Of a stretch of DNA of 13,533 bases, positions 7,271 through 13,533 are shown piece by piece. The stretch is from the NCBI GenBank assembly GCA_045805065.1, contig JBJMMA010000052.1, positions 1 to 13,533 of the forward strand, read 5' to 3'. A program made the position numbers and the translations under genes. Under the pieces are notes generated by a model. The model made no database searches. It was not told the DNA's origin and was given only the letters and a program-made list of their open reading frames with translations. Source of the DNA: Bdellovibrionia bacterium (GTDB taxonomy: Bacteria; Bdellovibrionota; UBA1018). Numbering within the stretch: the stretch's first letter is position 1; the number at the start of each line of letters is the position of its first letter.

Positions 7271-8860
7271 TTATCCTAAGATCACTTGATCGAGTAACAT
7301 GTAAGGGCCACCGCATCCGGCAAAAACAACCTCTTTATGATACTTGCCGCATCCACCGGCATCGTTCCACGGATGCTTTGCCTGATCGGGGCTGTTTGTG
7401 TCGCACTCGATTTTTGACTTCGCGACAATCGAGTTCAAAACATCCGGCGTATAGCCTGTGAGCTGAATATCACCGCCTGCAGGCCCCTTGAAAACGCGCC
7501 CTGTGAGCTTGCCGCCTTTCACCTCTTGAAGGTAAGCGATGCCCACCTGGATGCCCATGCCTTTAGGGTCTTCCATCCCTCCTGCTGCGTGCGTGGCAAG
7601 AAAACCATCGCCAAGCTCTGACATGAGTTGATCTAAAGTGCGGTCGCCTGCGCTGAAGTAAGTATTGGTCTGGCGCGTGTAGACGCCGTTAGCCCAGCTT
7701 TCGCGCTTTCCGTTCGCCGTGCGAGGAACGCCCAGGCGAATGGCGGAAGTGAGATTAGTCATGGGTGCGTTCAGCATTCCGCGATCCAGCAGCACTTGCT
7801 CTTGTGCAAGCCAGCCTTCTTCATCAAAGAAGTAGCTTCCCCAGGCAGCGTAAGGCTTTCCACCGGTCTCATAAATTGCAGGATTGTTGAGAATGGTTGC
7901 AAGCTCGTTGCCGACTTTCTCGCCGCTCTTATGAAGCTCCCAAGCCTTGCTTCTGCCACGGGCGCAGGTGTCGCCTTCTTGTGAGTGTCCGAAGGCTTCA
8001 TGGGCGAGAACGCCCGAGAGCGCCGGACTGAAAAGAACACGGTATTTTCCAGGCTGAAGTCTTTCAGCGTTCTTCAGAGCTCTGAGGTCCTTGAGCAGAT
8101 CTTCGATTTCCGAGTCTTTGATCTCGATGGCTTCAAGACCGCCGAGTCCGCCGACACGAAGATAGGTGCGATTAGCTCCTGACATCGTGATCAGCGTGAC
8201 GGCCAGACGATTCAGCGTTTGCGACATCAACGTTTCACGATCGATAAAGATCGCTTCCTCGTTCGCGTAACTCTGTCTTGCGGCAATAAATGTCAGATCC
8301 TCATCGCTGAGTCCTGCTTGAGGCGCCAGCTTTTGACATTGCCCAATCAGATGCTTGAGATTGTCCAGGGTCTGCGCCGCGCTGACTTGAGTAGGATTCT
8401 TCTCAAACTTGACCCCGAAATGAACGGGAGTTCTGGAAGTCGGGTTTGCCGGAACCTGCTCGATGAGCTCCTTCTCAAGACCTTTTGCCGAGAGGCGATC
8501 TTTCCAGCTTGGCGTTTGGTACACCCTGCGAGTCGCGCCTTGTGGATGAGGCGTCGTTTTTACGCGTTGAGCGAACTCCGTGGCAAACTGTTTCAGGGAT
8601 TGTGCATCCAGATCGTCCGTGGCTTGCTCAAAAAGAGTGTAGCCATCATAGATTCTCAGAACGACGCCCGAGCTGACGTTATCCGCAAGCTGCGTTTGCT
8701 TGAGATTGGCTGAAAAACTCTTGGATGATTTGCGCTCAAAGAAGATGGAGCCATACCAACCCGGCTCTGATTCCAGAATCGGAAAGATCTCGACCAGGGT
8801 TTCGCGAAGAGGAAGAAGGTCAGAGGACAGGGCTGCTCGCTGTGAGGAGTGTTTGCTCAT
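7271..8860 (-). CDS. tldD: TldD family metalloprotease
   Basis: PGKYRVLF, HEAFGHSQEGD (HExxxH), FDEEG, TANGKRES, RQTNTYF and C-terminal GCGK metal-ligand Cys. The start is probably ATG 8860 (TTG 8896 is an alternative). Confidence 0.88.
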   Translation of the reverse strand: MSKHSSQRAALSSDLLPLRETLVEIFPILESEPGWYGSIFFERKSSKSFSANLKQTQLADNVSSGVVLRIYDGYTLFEQATDDLDAQSLKQFATEFAQRVKTTPHPQGATRRVYQTPSWKDRLSAKGLEKELIEQVPANPTSRTPVHFGVKFEKNPTQVSAAQTLDNLKHLIGQCQKLAPQAGLSDEDLTFIAARQSYANEEAIFIDRETLMSQTLNRLAVTLITMSGANRTYLRVGGLGGLEAIEIKDSEIEDLLKDLRALKNAERLQPGKYRVLFSPALSGVLAHEAFGHSQEGDTCARGRSKAWELHKSGEKVGNELATILNNPAIYETGGKPYAAWGSYFFDEEGWLAQEQVLLDRGMLNAPMTNLTSAIRLGVPRTANGKRESWANGVYTRQTNTYFSAGDRTLDQLMSELGDGFLATHAAGGMEDPKGMGIQVGIAYLQEVKGGKLTGRVFKGPAGGDIQLTGYTPDVLNSIVAKSKIECDTNSPDQAKHPWNDAGGCGKYHKEVVFAGCGGPYMLLDQVILG

Positions 8861-8916
8861 AGCTATGGTCTTAACCAAGTTTCGTGACAGGCGCAAATTT
8901 GTGATACTTTTTTAAC

Positions 8917-10146
8917 ATGACATCGCTCATTAAGGCCTTTGGGAATCGTCGCATTGCTGCTGTGCTTCTTTTAGGATTCGCATCAGGCGTGCCCCTCGCT
9001 TTGACGGGAGCGACATTGCAGGCCTGGATGGCAAGCGAGAAGGTGGATCTCACGGTCATCGGACTCTTTTCTCTGGTCGCCTGGCCCTATACGGTCAAAT
9101 TTCTTTGGTCCCCTTTGATGGATCGTTTTGTGCCGCCCTTTTTAGGACGGCGGCGCGGATGGATCGCGGTCTGTCAGATGCTGTTGATCTTAAGCATCAT
9201 CGCAATGGGTTTCTCTGATCCTGTGCACGCGCCAGGTATCACCGCCGTGATTGCCGTGTTCGTAGCGTTCTTCAGCGCCAGCCAGGATGTCGTCGTGGAC
9301 GCCTACCGTACGGATGTTCTCGAGAAAGATGAAATCGCTCCCGGCGCATCAGTTTACATTTTAGGGTATCGAGTCGCGATGCTTGTCTCGGGAGGAGTCG
9401 CGCTGATCCTGGCCGACCATATGAGCTGGCGAATGGTTTATCTCGTGATGGCTGCGACCATTGGCGTGGGACTCGTCACGACTTTGCTTGCCCCTGAGCC
9501 ACGCACTACCATGATCGCGCCCAAGTCGATGGGTGATGCGGTTGTTTTACCGTTCAAGGAATTCTTCAAGCGCAAAGGCGCATTTGAGGTTCTGGCTTTC
9601 ATGGTGTTCTACAAGCTCGATTCGGTGATCGCGTTTGCCATGATGACCCCATTCATGCTCGAACTGGGCTTTAGTAAAACCGATATTGGCGCTGTGACCA
9701 AGGGATTTGGTTTGATTGCAACGCTTGTTGGAACGGTGATGGGCGGAGCCGCTACCGTGCGACTGGGGCTTCGACGCGCGCTCTGGATTTTTGGAATTGC
9801 TCAGGGCATATCGGGCGGATGTTTCATGATTTTGGCTCGCCTGGGCCACCATTATCCGATGATGGTGACCGCTATTGCCGCTGAAAACTTTTTCACCGGA
9901 ATGGGCACGGCGGTCTTTTCAGCCTTCATCATGAGCGTTTGCGACAAGCGCTATACGGCCACGCAATACGCGCTGCTTTCAAGCCTCTTTGCGATCACGC
10001 GCGTGCTCGGTGGGGCTCCAACCGGCTGGATGGCAAAAAATCTGGGCTGGGAGATGTTTTACTTAGTCTCCATTCTTGCGATGATCCCTGGGCTTTTGCT
10101 ACTGACTCGCTATAAGCGCTGGGAACAGCCGAAACTTTTCACCTGA
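8917..10146 (+). CDS. ampG: AmpG family muropeptide MFS transporter
   Basis: LLGFASGVPLAL, KFLWSPLMDR, GRRRGW, SASQDVVVDAYR, GYRVAM, YKL.D and TATQYALLSS are AmpG signatures; 409 aa, hydrophobic. Confidence 0.95.
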   Translation: MTSLIKAFGNRRIAAVLLLGFASGVPLALTGATLQAWMASEKVDLTVIGLFSLVAWPYTVKFLWSPLMDRFVPPFLGRRRGWIAVCQMLLILSIIAMGFSDPVHAPGITAVIAVFVAFFSASQDVVVDAYRTDVLEKDEIAPGASVYILGYRVAMLVSGGVALILADHMSWRMVYLVMAATIGVGLVTTLLAPEPRTTMIAPKSMGDAVVLPFKEFFKRKGAFEVLAFMVFYKLDSVIAFAMMTPFMLELGFSKTDIGAVTKGFGLIATLVGTVMGGAATVRLGLRRALWIFGIAQGISGGCFMILARLGHHYPMMVTAIAAENFFTGMGTAVFSAFIMSVCDKRYTATQYALLSSLFAITRVLGGAPTGWMAKNLGWEMFYLVSILAMIPGLLLLTRYKRWEQPKLFT

Positions 10147-10156
10147 GAGATCTTTT

Positions 10157-10669
10157 ATGAAAAAGAAAACAAAAGTCGGCGCAGCCAAAAAAAGTAAAGT
10201 GACCGCTCCTGCGGCCAAAGTAAGTGGAAAAATTCATCGTCTGGAAAACTATCAGCATCCGGATGTCTTCGGCGAGCTGCTGGGTTACGAAGTGACGGCA
10301 ATCAATCCCAAGAAGCGTACCGCAACGACTGAGCTCAAGATCCGCTATGAGCATCTCTCTCCAGCAGGCCGAGTTCACGGGGGAGTGATCTCCGCGTTTT
10401 TTGATTTTGCGTGTGGTGCGGCTTTGTTCCCGCTTTTAGCCCCGCGTGATTTTTGCTCAACCGTTGAGCTCAAGGTGAACTACTTCAGACCGCTTGAATT
10501 GAAAGATCATCTTGTGGCCGAGACTGAAGTTGTGTTCAAAGGGAAGCGCCTGAGCGTGATCCATGGATTTGTCTACCGGAAGGGTGAGAAGGATCCTGTT
10601 GCTATGGCTACGGCGACTTACAACATTGTATCGCCTCAGCAGCAGGTGATTGTGCCTACTAATCAGTGA
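10157..10669 (+). CDS. PaaI family (hotdog-fold) thioesterase
   Basis: G.VHGGVISAFFD and TVELKVNYFRP motifs; Lys-rich N-terminal extension; starts 10 nt after the ampG stop. Confidence 0.9.
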   Translation: MKKKTKVGAAKKSKVTAPAAKVSGKIHRLENYQHPDVFGELLGYEVTAINPKKRTATTELKIRYEHLSPAGRVHGGVISAFFDFACGAALFPLLAPRDFCSTVELKVNYFRPLELKDHLVAETEVVFKGKRLSVIHGFVYRKGEKDPVAMATATYNIVSPQQQVIVPTNQ

Positions 10670-10826
10670 AGAAGTACGCCTCGGATGGTCTAACTCGAGT
10701 AGGTTTCATATCGTATCAGTCGAGCCGGTTTTAAGCTTGGCAGGTGAAAGCAAAGTTTAGGCTTATCTGAGCGCTTTTATCGCGATTGCTTGTTCTGAAG
10801 TCGGACTATTATTCGAAGTTCGGACT

Positions 10827-10866
10827 TTGCCGCAGTGTTTCTTCGCGCGAAGAAGCGGTGCAGCAA
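10827..10866. repeat. 40-nt imperfect inverted repeat centred on the perfect 16-bp palindrome TTCTTCGCGCGAAGAA
   Basis: Palindrome at 10839-10854. Pairing extends to 10827/10866 with two G-U pairs (+ strand) and two mismatches. Confidence 0.85.
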
Positions 10867-10964
10867 GATAAGGTTTTGTCTTGAGCCTTATTCAACAAAG
10901 TCTCAAAGCCTGAAGTCTTTAAGCAAAAGCTTTATGCAAAAGAATGAGAGGCGAACTGACATAG

Positions 10965-11032
10965 AGTACGCGCGTCTCAATTAGGCTATTCTCATTAAGG
11001 CTTTACAGTACGCGCGTGTATATACGCGCGTG
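10965..11032. repeat. Three copies of the palindromic TACGCGCGT motif
   Basis: ACGCGCGT at 10968-10975, 11010-11017 and 11024-11031, each preceded by T. The last two are separated by GTATAT. Confidence 0.9.
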
Positions 11033-11074
11033 AAATCACTGAGCGCGGTAAAATGACTCAGTTGATAGGTTCAG

Positions 11075-11116
11075 AGTGTTTCAGCAAATCGTTTCAACAC
11101 ATCGTTTCAACACATC
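11075..11116. repeat. 13-bp tandem repeat ATCGTTTCAACAC (two exact copies, one degenerate)
   Basis: Exact units at 11088-11100 and 11101-11113 plus ATC; degenerate unit AGTGTTTCAGCAA at 11075-11087. Confidence 0.9.
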
Positions 11117-11156
11117 AAGGGTTAGTCACAGAGAGGCTAATTAAATAATGCGCCAA

Positions 11157-11798
11157 TTAGATTGGCGCTTGAGGAATACCACGCACACTCAATGCGCGAT
11201 CAAACTGCTTAAATGTTCCCTGAGAATCATCGAGCAATTTGCGTCCTGGGCAGAGGATCGCTTCGTTTGGAAACTCTTGCTCTTCTTTAGCGATCTGATC
11301 AGGGCCGCACTTCTCATTGATTTCCCGCAGCACGCTCTCAAAGCGCTTCTTATCGTTGTCTTCCGTCAGCTCAAGTTCAGCCACGCCTTCGGGAATGTAG
11401 CGATAAAACTTAGGGATCTCCGCTGACCAAAGCATCGGAGGCGAGAACTGAGCCTGCAGATGCGGAGTCTTATGGGCGCGAGTGCGATGGGCAACGCTTG
11501 TGTTGAGATCAACGACTTCGCCGTACTGAGTGGCAACCCAGAAGTGAAAATTTCCGCCCCAGCATCCTGCCCATGCGAGTGAATGATCAGGCATGACTTC
11601 AATCCAGGCGACTTCGCCGTACATGACGCGAGATTCAATTCCGTGAAGCTTGAGTGCCTCAACGCAAGCGGCAGCAACAAGAAGCGGATACTCAGCGCGA
11701 TCTCCGGTGATCCGGTCTACAACACGAGTCACGATGCGTGAGACATTGGCAATGACTTGAAGAGGCGTGCTATTTGGAACTTCTTCGGTTGTAGACAT
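11157..11798 (-). CDS. Hypothetical protein with transglutaminase-like (papain-fold) motifs
   Basis: AAGGAGG RBS (11813-11807) lies 8 nt before ATG. The pattern ALKLHGIESRVMYG...HFWV...GEVVD resembles transglutaminase-like cores. The CDS is secure; the fold call is tentative. Confidence 0.6.
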   Translation of the reverse strand: MSTTEEVPNSTPLQVIANVSRIVTRVVDRITGDRAEYPLLVAAACVEALKLHGIESRVMYGEVAWIEVMPDHSLAWAGCWGGNFHFWVATQYGEVVDLNTSVAHRTRAHKTPHLQAQFSPPMLWSAEIPKFYRYIPEGVAELELTEDNDKKRFESVLREINEKCGPDQIAKEEQEFPNEAILCPGRKLLDDSQGTFKQFDRALSVRGIPQAPI

Positions 11799-11816
11799 AA
11801 TCTATGCCTCCTTCAA

Positions 11817-11842
11817 ACCTATTAAAACAGACCTATTAAAAC
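11817..11842. repeat. 12-bp direct repeat ACCTATTAAAAC x2 (14-bp period)
   Basis: Copies at 11817-11828 and 11831-11842, immediately upstream of the RBS of the 11157-11798 gene. Confidence 0.9.
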
Positions 11843-11875
11843 TTCTCTGATTCTATTTTAGCTTTACTACGCTCA

Positions 11876-12268
11876 TTAGCTCTTGAAAGCCGCTACTGCA
11901 AAAGCGATCCAGCCGATGAGAAAGGCCATTCCTCCCAGTGGAGTAATCGCCCCTAAAACTTTGATACCACTCAAAGCCAAGGCATATAAGCTTCCGCTGA
12001 ATAGAACAATACCTATCGTAAATGCCCAGCCTGTAACGTTGACTGAAGCTGGAATCGATTCTGAACCCGTTTGCTGCAGCCGTTGTCCTACCCAAAGGCC
12101 AAGTCCAATCAAGGCGAGTGCATGATACATCTGATATCGGGCGGCCGTCTCCCAAACGGCGAGCATTCTGGGCTCAAGCTTTGACTCAAGCCCATGCGCA
12201 CCAAAGGCGCCACAACCTACGCTTAAAAAGGCGAAAATCGCACCAAGTCCGATCCAGATCTGATTCAT
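11876..12268 (-). CDS. DUF423 (YgdD/TMEM256) family membrane protein
   Basis: GAFGAHGL, TAARYQMYHAL, LFSGSLYAL and GAITPLGG signatures. Its start overlaps the upstream stop (ATGA). Confidence 0.95.
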   Translation of the reverse strand: MNQIWIGLGAIFAFLSVGCGAFGAHGLESKLEPRMLAVWETAARYQMYHALALIGLGLWVGQRLQQTGSESIPASVNVTGWAFTIGIVLFSGSLYALALSGIKVLGAITPLGGMAFLIGWIAFAVAAFKS

Positions 12269-13533
12269 AGCAGCTCCAATCCTCGCGAAATCATATCTGC
12301 CTTGTCTTTGGCAGTGCGGGAAATTTCAGCAAGGCGCGCCCGTACGGTGTCGGCCCAGGTGCTCTTGAGTTGATACTGATGATCGAGCTCCAAAAGCTCA
12401 TAACGAAGGAGCCAATCCGAACGGTAATTTTTCTCGAGCTCATCATGAATCTTTGCAAGCTTGCCTGACATCTCGGTCTGAGACGCTGAGCTCTGTTCAT
12501 TAGCTGATGCAACAGACTGAGCTTGATCGCGAAGTGCGCGCACTTGAGCATAGAGCTCATTGAGCGCGCGATTGGATTCGGTCAGATTGGTCTTGGGTTT
12601 GGCTGGAGGCTGACCAAAGCCTCCCGTCGCAGCGAGGTAGCGGCTTCGATCCGCAGCGCCTCCAAAAACAGATACCACTTTTGAACCGCAAGCCATGTCG
12701 TAGGTGCCCCAGGATGGATCAAAGAGCACTTCAGTGCCGAGCTTTACGGAACAATTGCGGAAAGTGAGAATCAAATTTTTTCCATCACGCTCAAGACGCG
12801 AGACAAGTTCGCCTTCGACGACGACGCCTGATTCAAACTCCATGCGGCCCTTGGAGCCTGACTTGAGTCCAAGCTTTTCAAGATCTGCCGCATTCAATTC
12901 TGCAGGCGTGCGCCCAAAACTTTTCACAAAACCCAGCGCAGTGCCGAAGCCCTCGCGGTGATGCACAGGGCCCTGCCCTTCGAGCTCGCGGTTTTCGTAA
13001 CAGAGCTGAGTCGGGCCTTGGAAGTGAAGATAAATCACGGCACCGCTTGCAGCTTGACGATAGCGAGCCAGAGTTCCGCTGATCTGAAGGCCCGTTTCAA
13101 GAACCGTAGTCGTAGGAACCGCGGCCTTGCGTGCTTTTTCAAGACCTTCAACGCCGCCACGGCGATAAGCCAGGCGCTCTGCCAGATCATCAAGGCCTTT
13201 CACCAAGGCATCAAAGTCGCGTGCGACGAAAAGCTGAGGCTGTGGCTTGGTGATGTCGTAAGTGACATCCACGCAATCAACGCTGAACGGAACTTTTTTA
13301 ACTTCAGGGTTGAGACAATTGTAGCTCTCGGCCACGGAGGACAAAAGTCCCGCGCCATAGATCTTGGCTTCTTTCTCATCTCCTAACAGGCCGTATTCAA
13401 TCGTCCACCAACCCATGCGCCCAAGCTGAGTTGCTTCCGTATCATGATCCACGGCTGCAACCGCATCATCGAGTCGCTTTTGAGCAGCTTCGACCTGAGC
13501 ATCGGTTGAGGAAGGGTCTTCCTTGATGTCCGA
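12265..13533 (-). CDS. phhA: Long-form phenylalanine 4-monooxygenase (aromatic amino acid hydroxylase), 5'-truncated by the window edge
   Basis: WWTIEYGL (Fe-ligand Glu), IYGAGLLSS and YDITKPQPQLFV. The frame stays open to the window end (SDIKEDPSST...), so 13452 is not the real start. A long C-terminal extension follows the catalytic domain. Confidence 0.88.
   Translation of the reverse strand, partial: SDIKEDPSSTDAQVEAAQKRLDDAVAAVDHDTEATQLGRMGWWTIEYGLLGDEKEAKIYGAGLLSSVAESYNCLNPEVKKVPFSVDCVDVTYDITKPQPQLFVARDFDALVKGLDDLAERLAYRRGGVEGLEKARKAAVPTTTVLETGLQISGTLARYRQAASGAVIYLHFQGPTQLCYENRELEGQGPVHHREGFGTALGFVKSFGRTPAELNAADLEKLGLKSGSKGRMEFESGVVVEGELVSRLERDGKNLILTFRNCSVKLGTEVLFDPSWGTYDMACGSKVVSVFGGAADRSRYLAATGGFGQPPAKPKTNLTESNRALNELYAQVRALRDQAQSVASANEQSSASQTEMSGKLAKIHDELEKNYRSDWLLRYELLELDHQYQLKSTWADTVRARLAEISRTAKDKADMISRGLELL

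Noticed and set aside
8219..8713. 164-aa plus-strand ORF and other short overlapping ORFs in the track
   Set aside because: They overlap well-supported genes in other frames or strands and show no protein-family features.
10738..10775. c-di-GMP-I riboswitch (GCAAAG...AGGC)
   Set aside because: The upstream GGCAAAC-stem-GAAA element and the GAC before GCAAAG are missing. An Rfam scan would settle it.
10839..10854. 16-bp palindrome as parS
   Set aside because: It has the right length but matches TGTTTCACGTGAAACA poorly.
11006..11033. dif site (TGTATA core between arms)
   Set aside because: The flanks do not resemble the XerC arm or the conserved XerD arm TTATGTTAAAT.
11075..11116. GTTTCAAC repeats as a CRISPR array
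   Set aside because: The units are 13 bp and contiguous, with no spacers and no cas genes.
10670..11156. oriC in the long intergenic gap
   Set aside because: No good DnaA box (TTATCCACA-like) on either strand and no dnaA/dnaN/gidA context.
5519..11798. RiPP cluster (TldD/E + B2-like peptidase + small ORF)
   Set aside because: There is no YcaO, lasso cyclase, radical SAM or precursor-like peptide, and the genes lie in separate transcription units.

Overview
Gene-dense bacterial chromosomal window with about 15 CDSs and no rRNA, tRNA, CRISPR array or mobile element. The gene content suggests a Bdellovibrionota-like organism, but that is inference only. In order it holds: a 5'-truncated caspase/legumain-fold protease; a convergent small RAMA-like protein; a GNAT acetyltransferase; a probable operon of membrane PilZ protein, tadA and a DUF6941-like gene; an EEP phosphoesterase; a small membrane-anchored protein; a TldD + PmbA/TldE pair divergent from ampG and a PaaI thioesterase; a ~490-bp hairpin- and repeat-rich non-coding gap between convergent genes; and a minus-strand run of long-form phenylalanine hydroxylase (truncated), DUF423 and a transglutaminase-like protein. 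The best lead is the 101-aa gene at 1159-1464 (-). It combines a near-consensus sigma28 (FliA) promoter, a strong RBS, a stand-alone RAMA-like putative modified-DNA reader domain and a genetically encoded SsrA-tag-like C-terminus (ANDYAEAA). Together these suggest a motile-phase-specific, rapidly degraded DNA-binding protein. All family calls come from motif recognition by eye; no searches were run.
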